Positions 1 to 11,735 of a stretch of 64,000 nt of DNA are shown here, piece after piece (the stretch's first letter is position 1; each line of letters opens with the position of its first letter). The stretch spans positions 260,723-324,722 of the forward strand of contig NW_005201349.1 in NCBI RefSeq assembly GCF_000372725.1. The letters are read 5' to 3'. Below the pieces are notes generated by a model. That model had not been told where the DNA came from. It saw nothing but the letters and a program-made list of their open reading frames with translations, and did no database searches. The translations under genes were made by a program, and so were the position numbers. Source of the DNA: Emiliania huxleyi CCMP1516 (Eukaryota).

Positions 1-549
1 CCCCCCCCCCCCCCAGGGGACATCTCGACGGGGCTCGTGGACTCTCGCAACCCCCACTCTCACTCTCGCGCCCCATCCCCACACTCACTCTCGCGCCTCC
101 ATCTCGACGGGGGTCGTCTGCACCGACGTTGGCCGCACCTGCGAGAGAGGCGGGCAAGGCAAGGCAAAACAGCGTCCACTCCTCCGCACCGCGGGATTGG
201 ATGTGGGGCAATGGCCGGGCTCTCCCCCGCATCTCCACGGCCAGAGGCGGGCGTGGCCAGAGGCGGGCAGACGGTCCGCGGGTTCTCTCGGGCGCTGCTC
301 TCGGCACACCGATCGCTGCACGACGGAGATGGAGGGGCCGCCTTGCATGGGCACAAAGGTGGCCGCGCCTACCGCTCACCCGACGCGCCGCTCGTCTCGC
401 TCCTAAAGCCTCGAGTTTGGGGCACACGACAGCGGCGGCACCCAGCTCCCAAGTCCGTGTCTCGGGGGGCTCGGCAAAGTGGGAGCCTAACTCCAATGCT
501 GCTTGTGGTTCGAGTGCCCGCCGCCACCAGGCGTGTGACGGGCTGCACG

Positions 550-1401
550 TGCGCCCAGCTTTTGCATGGCCGAGCCTGAGAGGCGTCACGGACGCGTCAT
601 GGACGTGTCGCCTGCAAGGCTGGGCGACCTGGCACTGGAGGCGCCGTAGCGCTCTGTGCCCACCGCGGCGTCGAGCGACTCCTGGGCAGAGAGAGGCACG
701 GGCGGGTCGGCCTGAGTGACCGACATGCCACACCTCGCTCCCTCCCTCTCTCGCTCGTTCGCTCTCGCTCGTTGTTCGGTCTTCTCCTCTCGTGAGGCTG
801 GGATTGGACACTCGTGACTCAACACTGGACCACGGCGGGCCATCCTTGCTGGCGTGACTGCGACCGGACTGTGAGAGGGGCTCGCGAGGAGCGAGAGAGG
901 CGCAGGCCCGCCTCCTTTTCCCACAGAGTGATCGACTGCGCGCGCGTCTGGCCGTCGAAGAGGAGGAGAGCCCCGAGGAAGCCCGGCTGGCCCTGCGCAC
1001 GGGGCAGGCGGGGCGAGCGGCGCGTCGACAGGCCGCAAGAGCGCCATAAACAAAGTACACGGAGCGGCGGCCGGCGCCTCGTAGGCAGACTTGGCGCTCG
1101 CGACGTAATCGTCGACGAGAGCTTCCCGCGCACCGACCCGGAGCGAGACCTGCGCGACCCTCGCAATCGGACCCGTCTTCGGCGCCGTCTCGAGCGCTAT
1201 CGCCTTCTGGCGTGCCAGAATCTTGCGCTTTGCGGCTGGGCCGACGGCGCCGTCCGCCGGTGGCTTTCGGAAGGCGTTGCGGCGGAGGCCGGGGATGTCG
1301 TCGTCACTCGAGGAGCAGAGGTGCCGCCGTAGCGGCAAAGGCAGGGCGCATTGTCTCGTCAGCCGTCGCGAGGCGGCGGTGAAGCAGGCCGAAAGGGCCA
1401 T
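550..1401 (-). CDS. Hypothetical multi-exon protein with mitochondrial-type presequence; possibly a dimeric alpha-beta barrel (ABM-like) domain; 3' end uncertain
   Basis: ATG at 1401 opens MALSACFTAASRRLTRQCALPLPLRRHLCSSS (Arg/Ser/Leu-rich, no acidic residues), then PIARVAQVSLRVGAREALVDDY; T-rich promoter-like patch just upstream. Confidence 0.4.
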
Positions 1402-1799
1402 TTCGCGGCAATTCAAGATTTTTCTTTTTCGAGAAGAGGCGGTGGGAAATCCCGGGGTTGAAGAATTCTTAAATTAACCGCCAATGGCAGTTAGCGGACG
1501 TCGCCGCGGCTCGTCTCTGCCGCGGCGGCTGCTGCGCGCACGTGGTGGCGCCGCTATCTCGCGAGACGGCTGGCGACGCGGCTCGCGGCCGACGTACGCT
1601 GCGCTCGTCCGACCGCCCGCGGCGTGGCGTGCGCGGCGCTGCGCACCGCTCTGCGAGCGCTTCTGCGCTGCTTTGAGTAAAGTCCACTGTATATGAGCTG
1701 CTGCCTCGCTGCTGCGAGTTGACATATCCGGTGATGTGCGAGCGTTCCGTTCGTGCGTCGACTGGCTTCCGGTTCGAGTCGCCGGGGGGGAGGGGGGGG

Positions 1800-2075
1800 C
1801 CTCCTCGGCCTCCTCGGCCTCCTCGGCCTCCTCGGCCTCCTCGGCAGCCTCGGCTGCTTGGCGCACGCGGCGCGCGAGCCGCGCCGCGCTGCCTTTTTGC
1901 TCGCTGCCTCCGTTGTCGGCTCGGCCGTTCCGTCTCCTCGCTCTGGCTCGGGCCGTGGGCGTGCTGCTGCTGCTGCTCGGCACTGTTGTCGCCATTTTCA
2001 ATCTCTCTCTCTCTGCTCTCTCTCTCTCTGCACTCTCTCTCTCTCGGCACTCTCTCTCTCTCTCTCTCTCTCTCT
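1800..2075. repeat. (CCTCCTCGG)n minisatellite and (CT)n microsatellite
   Basis: Visible tandem repeats at ~1800-1855 and ~2002-2075. Confidence 0.9.
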
Positions 2076-3009
2076 GTGACGTCTCGTCTCTCGCTCTCGA
2101 GCCGCTCTCTGCACCTCCGCTCTCGCCGCCCCCATCGCCGGCTGCGCCACTGTCTTATCCACAAACGCCGCCCCTGCCCACGGCGTTACCCACGCAGTCA
2201 CCACCATCGCCTCCACAGAATTCCTTTGCCGCCACCCTCGAAAATGCTACAATCGAAGGCACAAAGTTCGCCGTCAAAACCCTCTTATCCTCAGTTGCCG
2301 TCCTCACCCTAGACCGCACCGAAATTTTCTCCTCAANNNNNNNNNNNNNNNNNNNNNNNNNNNNNNNNNNNNNNNNNNNNNNNNNNNNNNNNNNNNNNNN
2401 NNNNNNNNNNNNNNNNNNNNNNNNNNNNNNNNNNNNGGGGGAAATGGGGGGGCGGGGAGCCCTCTTTGCGCCTGTTCTTGCAAATGCAGGGGCGAGTGGG
2501 TCGGGGGCATTTTTCGGCGTTGGTACTTGGAAAACCAACCAAGGGCGGTCAACCGTTGGCCCGGCGGCGGGACAAGTTTCCCGGGAGGCGGGAACTGTCC
2601 TGGTCGAGAGTGTGTGCCGCCAAGGCGGGACCACTCGGGGACAGTGCCGACGGGACGCGGCTCGAAGGGCGTGGCTCCGCAGCGCGGCTGGCACTCGTCG
2701 CAGAGGCCTCACCTTCGAAAAGTCGGGCATGGCTCCACCCGCAACTTTGTCGCTAACACGCGCGCACCGCCGAGCCTGCGGCGGGCGCGCTGCGGCCGCA
2801 CGTCTACTTCGTCATAGTGCCACGACGTGCGGCCTAGATTTAGCCCACGCGCCTCTGCTCGCAAACACTCACCCATTGAATTGTCACTGCCTGTGAGTGC
2901 GAGACAGGGCTAGCAGTAGGCAGCTAGCCCGTGAGGAGAGCGTCCATAGACACCTCACTTAGACCCCACACACGGTCTCGTCCGTGCCTCGCCGGCCGGA
3001 GAGATTGCT

Positions 3010-3326
3010 GGAGGTAGAGCAAGCCTGCTCTAGCCTCGCATGTCACTTCCTGTCGTCTGTTGTGTCGTTGTGCCCTTGTTTGTTTCTCTTGGCACCGTGG
3101 AGTGCTGGGGGGGGCGACAGGGAGGATATGGCCTTGAGTTATGTGTACGCCAACTCAGGGTGTGTGGCAGCCCGCTGGCTGTGTGTCTTGTGAGCCTGTT
3201 TGTGTCTGTGTGTCGCTCGTGCGTGCCGTCATCATCTGTCTAGCGTCCACCCATACCGCGTTGGTGTCCAGTCCGAGCCTGGCTGTTCTTCACCTTTCTA
3301 CCTACCTACCTACCTACCTACCTACT
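3010..3326 (+). mobile_element. Dispersed ~300 bp repeat with (CCTA)n tail; SINE or non-LTR retroelement 3' end (copy 1)
   Basis: Aligns by eye with 47238-47537 over its length; short 3'-only copy at 18554-18585; ends in tandem CCTA. Confidence 0.75.
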
Positions 3327-4448
3327 ACCGGCGTGAATTCCTTTCAGAGGAGCCTCCAGAATTGAGTATTTGGAGTGTCCGGACGACTTTCTGCACGCTG
3401 GACACGGTGCATGCATGTGCATTCTCGACATGCAGAGAGAGAGTCTTCTTCTTGACATGCATGCCGCTCCCAATGCCTCGCATGGCCGCACATATTCGGC
3501 AAAAACAAATTCGGCCCGTCGCCATGTCGAGGCATGCGGTCATGCCGGATCACGGGTTGTGATCTCTCGGGTTGTGTCATGTTGCGAGAAAGATGTGAAC
3601 ATGTTACGACATGTCACCCCGTTCAGCCAGGCCGAAAGGGCCATTTCGCGGCTGGAGGAACCAAGCGGGGGTGCGAGGAGGAGGCCGCGTAAGTATTTCA
3701 AACGTTGGAGTTGTTTGTGGTGGCAGCCGTGACTCTTGAGAAAAAAACGTTGGAGTTCCCCGATTTTGCCACGGTGCCACGGACCGTCCGTCCGGCACCG
3801 GCGCTCCGGGACGGCACGCCGGCGAAGCACCATCAAGCTGCTGTACGGCCCCGGCATCGCCTCCCCTGGCTTAGCTCTCAGTCAAGATATTGTGCACATG
3901 GTCAGTCTCTACAATATACTCACTGACACTGAACCTCCCAGAGCTCGTCCCGGTCCGCCACGGCCATCCTCGGCCTCCGGAGGGCCCCCGGCCGCGGGGC
4001 GGTGCAGCGGCGTCACAAATCCGACCACAGAGCACCGGGACGCGGTCGGGCGATCTGAGGCCCGACTAGGCGTATGCATTGCCCATCCAGGGCTTATCAC
4101 CTGGACCTATCAACAAACAGGCGCCTGCGGCGCCGTGCTCAGGAGCTGCTGCTCCAACCTGTTCACACTTTCGTACGGCACAGTAAGGAGAACGGCGCTG
4201 AACCAGATCAATGACGAACAAGGTAGAGAGAGGGGGGGTGCCTAGCGGGGCGCCGCGTCAACCCTCCCGGACACCCCCCTGACACAAAAAATCTCTCTCT
4301 CTATCCCCCCCCCCCCCCCCCCCACGGGGACACCCTGGCATCCTCTCTCCTCTGGAACCCCGCGAGTCGCTGGCTCGCCACCAAGCTCAACGGCATCACC
4401 TCGCACGTCCCGCCTCCGCCGCCCGAGGACGGCTCGCCGAAGCGAAAG

Positions 4449-5223
4449 ATGCTGCTCGTGCACGCTCACCCGCTCGCCTCGTCGTACTCGTCGGCGCTCG
4501 CGGCGGCGGTGGAGGAGGGAGCCAGGGCGGGTGGCCACGAGCTGCGCAGGATCTCGCTCTACGACCAGAACTATGGCGTCAAGCTGACGGCGAGCGAGCG
4601 CGCCGCCTACTTTGAGACGACGCGTCCCGAGCGGCTAGCGAGCGACGTGCGGCGCGCCCTGACGGACCTCTCGTGGTGCGACTCGGTCGTCTTTGTGTAC
4701 CCGACATGGTGGTTCAACGTGCCCGCTGCCCTCAAGGGCTTCTTCGATCGCACCTTCCAGCCAGGCAGCAGCACGGCAGGTGCAATCGGCGCGTGGGAGT
4801 TCCCTCCGACCGGCTGCGACGCGGCGGGCGAGGGCGCGAGCAGCACCGGGCTCAGGCCGCTACTGACCAACGTGAAGCGCGTCGCCGCCGTCTCCACGTA
4901 CGGAGCGCCGCAGCACATCGCCTTCCTGGCGGGCGACAACGGCCGCAACTGCATCGCCACCGCCATCCGGCACGGGGCCTTTGCGCCTGACTGCACCTGC
5001 CTCTGGCTCGGGCTCTACGCGATCGACTCGACCAGCGGGCAGGCGAGAGCGCCGACCCTCCCCTCGCCCAGCACTCTCTGTCGACCTCGGCACGGTCTCT
5101 CGGCCGGTCCGGGTGGTGAATCTCAGATGATCTGCCGCCATCTCGGGTGATCTCGGGTGATTTCGGTAGGAGCGCGCCGCCTTCCTGGCTCGCGTCCGCG
5201 AAACCTTTGCGTCTGGCTTCTAG
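4449..5223 (+). CDS. NAD(P)H dehydrogenase (quinone), flavodoxin-like fold (Flavodoxin_2)
   Basis: LLVHAHP..SYSSAL, CDSVVFVYPTWWFNVPAALKGFFDRTF, STYGAP; GC-AG intron 5043-5169 restores C-terminus DSTSGQ|ERAAFLARVRETFASGF*; true start may lie upstream. Confidence 0.9.
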
Positions 5224-5702
5224 CGCGCTTGCACTCCTCCCGCGCGATCGGTCTTGCCGACGGCGTAGCCACGACGCGGGCCCGGTGGCGGGTGGGCCGA
5301 GCACGCAGCAGCCCATTTCCCCGACGACCCGACGTCTCTCGATCTGTGCCGGCAGCGATACGCACTACGTGCGCGGTGTGTACCTCTATATTACCCTACA
5401 CTAACACTACAGCCGTCGAGCTGTGGTGTGTGCCCGCCTGCCGGCGGCGTCTCCCACTTTTGCGGCGCGTGAGCGGGTCCACCCCCGGCACCCGCGCACA
5501 CGGCACGCGGCTCGGCGGGTCGCGGCCCACGCCGCGTCGGCGGCCGTCGCGTGCCGAGGCCGAGAGCGGAGCGAGAGAGGGCTGCGAGGGGCCCCCCGAG
5601 CCCCGTGGCCCGTGCGGGTCTCGGCTCTCGCGTCTCGGGGGGTCTCGCTCGCACGGTTTGGACACAGGACACGGCTCACGCTCTCGGGCGTTGGCCCCCT
5701 TA

Positions 5703-5793
5703 CGGGGCCTGACGGTCCAATGTTTCCCTCAAGAGTACAGCTTTACTCCCTCCCCTACCCCACCCTTTCACTTTAGATGTGTCGGACCATAGG
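5703..5793. repeat. ~85-90 bp dispersed repeat with imperfect terminal inverted repeats, MITE-like (copy 1)
   Basis: Near-identical to 23185-23266; ends cctgacggtcc ... ggaccatagg. Confidence 0.7.
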
Positions 5794-6383
5794 GCTGTGA
5801 GTCAACATACAACAAGCCGCGTAACGTACAACACTCTCGTACAACAGTACACACATGCTCATGCAGTACAGATCACTTGGTCGTCTGTCGCTGACACTTC
5901 GCCGTCGCTTTGGCTGCTAACTTGACTGCTGGCTGGGCGCCGCGGGCTTGGCTGAAGTCTCGTGTAAGCCACCCACACCCCTCACTCCTCCTCCACAAAT
6001 CCCCTCAGGACCCGGGTCTTGAGCGAGGAAATGCGCGAGCTTGGGCTGCTACTCCACGTCCAGCCTCCCATGAGTTGTCGGCAAACGCTCCCGCCATGCT
6101 GCTCTTCCAAGCGGCGCGTCCAGCGTTCGCCAGTACACGCTTGACGCCTGAGAGCGCTGAGATGTTGCGCGTCGGCGCCTTGCGAGCGGCGAAGCGGCTG
6201 TATTTGAAGTCGGTGCTGAATAAGTCCGCCACCTTGTAGTCGTCACCGGAGCCCTCGATCGCGCCTTCGGCTTGCGCCTCAGTCGTGATTTCGTTGGCCT
6301 TGAAGGAGGTCTGCCGCCACCACAGCTCTCGGTCTGCAGTGCACAGCAAGCTGCGCGTCAAAACGGCCGGGGGCGAGGGGTAG

Positions 6384-8687
6384 CTAGAGCGAGGGGCGCG
6401 CACATTGGTCCTTCTTGCCATCGACCGCGATGCCATCGCCGTCAAAGGACTGGCCTACCAGGCCGTGCGGAGCCACAACCTCGCCCGTTTTGGGGTTTTG
6501 TGCTGCGGGTTCATCAGAGCTGGGAGCCGCCATGTACAGCTCGTAGCGTTTGTTATGTGTGACATATATTGTCTCGTTCAGTAGCTTCTCCTCAAGTACC
6601 CGATACGGCGGTGGGGGCGGGGACGGCGTCGGGCTTGGAGGCGGCGATGAGGGCGGAGGCAGCGGCGGCGGCGGCGAGGGCGGAGGCGGTGAGGGCGGAG
6701 GCGTCGAGGGCGGAGGTGGTGAGGGCGGAGGCGGCGAGGGCGAAGGCGGCGAGGGTGGGGGCAGCGAGGGCGGTGGCAGCAAGGGCGGTGGCGGCGAGGG
6801 CGGAGGCGAGGGTGGGGGCGGCGAGGGTGAGGGCAGCAAGGGAGGTTGCGAGGGTGGCGGCGGCGAGGGTGGTGGCTTCGATGGTGGCGTCGGCGAGGGT
6901 GGCGGCAGCGGGGGCTGTGGTGGCGATGGTGGTGGCGGCGTGGGTAACGGCGGGGGCAGGGGCGGCGGTTGTGGAGAAGGCGGTGGCGCGGGCGGCGGCG
7001 AGGGCGGCGAGGGCGGAGGTGCAGAGGGCGGCTCGTAAACTACCACCGCCTTCACGCTTGTCATATCTGCGGTTGCGTTTGCCCATCTACTGTCCAGGTC
7101 GCTAAGGGATATTTTCTCTACACCATGCAACATCTCGAAGGTTGCGTTTGCCCAGCTGCTATCCAGGTTGACTACAATTTGCTCGGGTTCCGGGCGCCTT
7201 CCAGGTGGAGGTGTTCCGTTTGCTTCAGACAGGCGGCGGTTCCTCGCACGCGACTTTGGACTTACATGTATGTGGTCGTCGTTTGTCGTTGTTACGTTAT
7301 CTGGCGCGCCAAGCCTTAACCAGCACATCTTGTAAGTGCTGTTCTCCGGTGCAAAGTCTGGGATCATGAGCTGTATCTCGGTGCCCAGGTATTCATCCTT
7401 GTACATATGGAGGATCCCGCCATTGCATGGCGTGTGTGTGAACCAGAGGTCCGCACCGCGGGCGTCCTCCCTTGTCGAATGTGAATACCAGCACATGGGG
7501 AGGCGATGAGCCGTGTCGCACGATGGCTCTTGGGTAAAGATGAAGGCGTCTCCCAATCTTGCCTCTTCGTAGACGCTGAGCCGCCGCCGGCGCTGTCCCC
7601 CGCTTTGTGCTGCGGGTTCATCAGAGCTGGGAGCCGCCATGTACAGCTCGTAGCGTTTGTTATGTGTGACATATATTGTCTCGTTCAGCAGCTTCTCCTC
7701 AAGTACCCGATACGGCGGTGGGGACGGCGTCGGGCTTGGAGGCGGCGATGAGGGCGGAGGCGGCGGAGGCGGAGGCGGAGGCAAGGGCGGGGGATGTGAT
7801 GGCGGCCGCGGAGAGGGTGGTGGTGATGATGGCGGTGGCGGAGGCAGGGGTGGCGGATCTGCGGGTGGGGGCGGCGAAGGTGGTGGTGGCGAGGGCTGAG
7901 GCGGCGAGGGCGGAGGCGGAGGCACGGGCGGGGGATGTGCTGGCGGTGGCGGAGAGGGTGGCGGTGGTGATGGCGGAGGCGATGAGGGCCGCGGCGGCGA
8001 CGGCGGAGGGCTGGGCGGCGGTGGAGGTGAGGGCTGCGAGGGCGGAGGGCTGGGCGGCGGTGGAGGCGAGGGCAGAGGGCTGGGTGGCGGTGAAGGGGAG
8101 GGCGGCGGCAGCGGGAGCGGCGGTGGCGAGAGAGGCGGCAGCAAGGGCGGAGGCGACAAGGGCGGCGGCAGCAAGGGCGGCGAGGGACGCGGAGGCGGTG
8201 ACGGTGGGCAAGCATGAGAAGTCTCACAGACACCAGGAGGCATCAGATAAGCGTGTTCTTCTTGACATAGAGAGAAGTAGTAGCACCTTATGAGGAAGGT
8301 GCTTTCGACCCTGTCTTGATCGGGCGCGACCGGAGGGGAGGGGCCCTCAGGCGGAGGCAGTGACGGAGGCGGCAACGTGGGTGGTGGCGACGGTGGTGGC
8401 GGCGTTGAAGGCGGCGCCTGCGCACTTGCCGTCGAGACCAAGATGGCCACAAGGGCACTGCTGAGCCTGCCCCCTCGCCTGAATGGTCTCTGCTCCCAAT
8501 CACACCGGCACCACCACAGCTGCACGAGTCTGGGCACCGAGGCGGCCAAAAAACTCAGGAGAGGAACGGAGACCAGACAATGCGCCAATGTCACGCACAA
8601 TCCATTCCCGATTGGACCGTCGACATCCATCACCACGGCACGCGCCCGGTGGGCACGGAGCGGGGACAACAACTTGCCCTGCCCCAA
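6384..8687 (-). CDS. Proline-rich extensin/pherophorin-like secreted or surface protein with internal duplication
   Basis: 767-aa ORF with hydrophobic N-terminal segments, long (SPPPP)n tracts, two copies of YRVLEEKLLNETIYVTHNKRYELYMAAPSSDEPAAQ, RRRRLS/RRLSE motifs. Confidence 0.7.
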   Translation of the reverse strand: MGQGKLLSPLRAHRARAVVMDVDGPIGNGLCVTLAHCLVSVPLLSFLAASVPRLVQLWWCRCDWEQRPFRRGGRLSSALVAILVSTASAQAPPSTPPPPSPPPTLPPPSLPPPEGPSPPVAPDQDRVESTFLIRCYYFSLCQEEHAYLMPPGVCETSHACPPSPPPRPSPPLLPPPLSPPPLLPPLSPPPLPLPPPSPSPPPSPLPSPPPPPSPPPSQPSPPPPPSPPPSPPRPSSPPPSPPPPSPPPPAHPPPVPPPPPSPPQPSPPPPSPPPPADPPPLPPPPPSSPPPSPRPPSHPPPLPPPPPPPPPPSSPPPSPTPSPPPYRVLEEKLLNETIYVTHNKRYELYMAAPSSDEPAAQSGGQRRRRLSVYEEARLGDAFIFTQEPSCDTAHRLPMCWYSHSTREDARGADLWFTHTPCNGGILHMYKDEYLGTEIQLMIPDFAPENSTYKMCWLRLGAPDNVTTTNDDHIHVSPKSRARNRRLSEANGTPPPGRRPEPEQIVVNLDSSWANATFEMLHGVEKISLSDLDSRWANATADMTSVKAVVVYEPPSAPPPSPPSPPPAPPPSPQPPPLPPPLPTPPPPSPPQPPLPPPSPTPPSKPPPSPPPPSQPPLLPSPSPPPPSPPPSPPPPLLPPPSLPPPSPPSPSPPPPSPPPPSTPPPSPPPPSPPPPLPPPSSPPPSPTPSPPPPPYRVLEEKLLNETIYVTHNKRYELYMAAPSSDEPAAQNPKTGEVVAPHGLVGQSFDGDGIAVDGKKDQCARPSL

Positions 8688-10683
8688 GCGGGAGCAAATG
8701 CGCCGAGTTGGGCCGGGCCTGGTTTGCCTGAGTTCAGGCTAATCTATATTCAACTTTGGCTAAGTTCTCTAGGCCCCATATAGGCAGGCTTAGGCAAAAC
8801 TCGGGACGGCCGTCCCACTTGGTGCAATAAAACAAGACAAGACGCGCAGCCTCAGGAAGCGTTTTTCATCAAGGATCATCGACCATGGCCGCAGGGAGCG
8901 AGGGGGAGGGCGCTGGGAGCAACACGGAGCTCCGTTAGACTTTTTCAAGATTAATATTGATTACGGCGTATTGATTACGGTAGAGTGAATGATTTGGAAG
9001 ATGGAACTCTAGCCTGAAAATGCTCATTCGATAGCACTTGAGGCAAACTGCGGGTAAATAAATATTTTTGATCGGATGAACGCGAGCTCGTGGGGTCCAC
9101 GAAAGCACCGCTTTGCGGTGTCAGAACCGCCCTCTTTGACCCTGGGGGGCCGAATCTGCGCCCTCTGGGGAGGGCCAGCACGCGGGTCGCGCCGCGCGCC
9201 TCCCGGACGAAGCGTGTTGCGCGGCGCACGGTGCCTCCGGGGGCCCCCGCGCCCCCCCAGAGCCGTAACCCGATACCGATCATCCGGCCCGCTGGGTGCG
9301 CTCCTCAGCTCCCCGGCCCTGGATGTGAGGTTGATGACTGCACTCCAAGTGCTCCAAGAGGCGATAATAGCCCAAGTCGAAGAGTGCGCGCCGCCCTCGG
9401 TATCTGGGTGGCATACGGGACTAGAGAGGCACACCAGAGCGCACGGCCGGGGGCGCGAGCCGCCATCTTGGACTGTGAGGCGAGTATTTGCAACCGGGAG
9501 CTCGCCGCCGCCCCTACAACGCCGCGGCCGCCCTCCCAATGCGTCGAGAGTCGACTCTCGACTGCTGAGAGAGTTCATCCCACCATCGGCACCGTATTCG
9601 CCCACAGCACGCCAAGATATTCATATTGGTCTAGTGCAACACATCAGCTCAGCGTGACCAATATCTCCAGCCTCCTTCGTCGCTTGGCTGCTGCTGGTGG
9701 AGCCAACACTTGCAAGTGTGAAGTAAGTGTCAACGTGTCGGAACTCGGTGGGAGCATCCGTCCTTATTCACGTTCACACTCGCTCGGAAAAGTGAAATTT
9801 CGTTTCACATGAAATGAAGAATCCTATGGGTCGTCTCCAGAGTATCGACCTCTGGCTTGTCAGCCGCCCCACCGAGGGCACCATGAAGTACAGCGATCGC
9901 CACCTCGCTGGCCTCTCCGCAAGGCCCCCCGACCGCGTCGAACTCATCGGCGCGGGCTCTCTCGGCTACGGGACCGGGGCCCCAGCTAGCAGCTTCGGCT
10001 GAGGGCTAACAAGCTGCCGAGCCCAAATCTCTGTGAGAGTCGTGATTTCTTGTTGGTCTTCAAAAATCTCTCTCTCATGAAATGTGAAGTGAAAGTGAAA
10101 GTGAAATCGATTCGGCATTCGCTGTTTCCTTATTGCTTATATTGCGGTGAAATCACAACACGAACCGGTGCATCAACCCTCTGCGGGTGTGCTCTTGCGA
10201 CTTGCGTTCACTCTTGTGCGTTTTCTGTGTTGGTATGTCAACAATTTGCATGAAATATGAACGACAAAGAGATGTTAGCCTTCGCCTCACACGTCTGACA
10301 CGCACGCTCGTGGCGGCAGCACCCCCCCGGCAGCTTCCCGGTTCTCCACTCTCCAACATGGCCCAGACTCCCCCGCCCCTCACTCCGACTGACCTTCCGC
10401 CCCTGCCCGCCCCTTACGCTCCCGTCCGCGGCGCCCAGGAAGGGGGCCGCCCTCCGCAAGCGGGCCCCTCTGAGCCCCGCCCCGCCCAGCCACGCCAGGA
10501 ATAGCACGCCGGCCGCCGCTGCCAGGGAGGGACATTGGGCCGAGGGAGGGAGGAGGCGGGGTGGCGCAGCCGTCGCCTCCTCCAAAGCCGGCCGGCGTGT
10601 GGACGACCGGGCCGCGCCGTCGGTCCTCCTCCCCCTCCTCTTCCTCCCGCGGCCCCGCCGAGATCGTCCGAGATTGTCCGAGA

Positions 10684-11735
10684 TCAGGCGTCCTCCCCCT
10701 CCCAGCGCGCCTCGAGCTGCTGCCTTAGCTTCTCGAGCCGCGCCGCCTCCTCGCTCTCTCTGCGCGATCGCTTGCGGGCGCGCTCCTCCGCACTCCACTC
10801 GGGCGACCTGGTCGGCGGGGGGAAGGGCGAGCTTGAGGGGGAGGGCCGAGGGGGAGAGGCGGGGGGGAGGGGCGAAGGGCTGGGTGGGCGGGCGAGGGCA
10901 GAGGGGGCGAGGGGAGTCTGCCCCGCGACTGCCACGCTTGAGCAAGGGGAGTCTGGCTGCAGGAGCGGTCTCGGGAGTGTCTCGGCGGGTGTCTGGGGCG
11001 GCGGCGGCTGGCGGCGGCGGCGGCTGCTGGGAGAGGCCCTGTCTCTGCCCTGTCTCTCTCGCATCTCCCACGCACCTCGGAGGGCCCTCCATACCGATGC
11101 GGCTGCCCGGAGGTGGGCCTAGGCCCGCCTCCTCGAAGGCGGCGTGGTCGTACACGTTCTGGGAGGGCGGGAAGAGCATCGCCCCCGCCGGAACCAGCGC
11201 GAGGTCGAAGTTTGCCGCGTCGCAAAACTGCTGCAGCTGCGGCGAGCTCCACAGCGACGGGGAGGCGACGTCGAAGGTCTCCGCCTGAGGGTGGGGGGGG
11301 GGGGGTGCTCGTCGATGATGCGGCTCTCTCGGCGCGGGTGGACGCTCTCGGGGCCAGCGCCCGCGCCTCGAGAAGGGCGACAAAGCTCTCGGCGTCGTCC
11401 TTCTCGCTAAAGCCGACGAGGTAGGTCCGCCGGCCGGGACCGGCGCCGGCGCGGCCGGTGGCGAACCCGGCGCCGCCCTGGAGCGTGTAGACGCCCTCGT
11501 CCGGCTGCTGCGCGTTGAAGAGCAGCACCCACGCCCCCTCCACACTGCCGAGCACCGGCCTCGCTTTGCCAAAGGCGATGCCGTTTGACTGCGCCGCGCG
11601 GAGGCCCTGCCGAAGCTCGTTCTCCCACGAGTCGGCGTTCATGGAGACGGCGGCGCGCGGGACCGGGAGGGTGGCGAGTGGCGCGCGAGGCAAGGAGACG
11701 AGCGCCGTCGCGGCGGCGGCGAGCGTTAAGAGCAT
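10684..11735 (-). CDS. DUF3110 family protein, likely plastid-targeted, multi-exon
   Basis: Signal plus transit-like peptide MLLTLAAAATALVSLPRAP; WVLLFNAQQPDEGVYTLQ, GFSEKDDAESFVALLEA, QQFCDAANF..VPAG..LFPPSQNV; C-terminal LEKLRQQLEARW. Confidence 0.8.
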
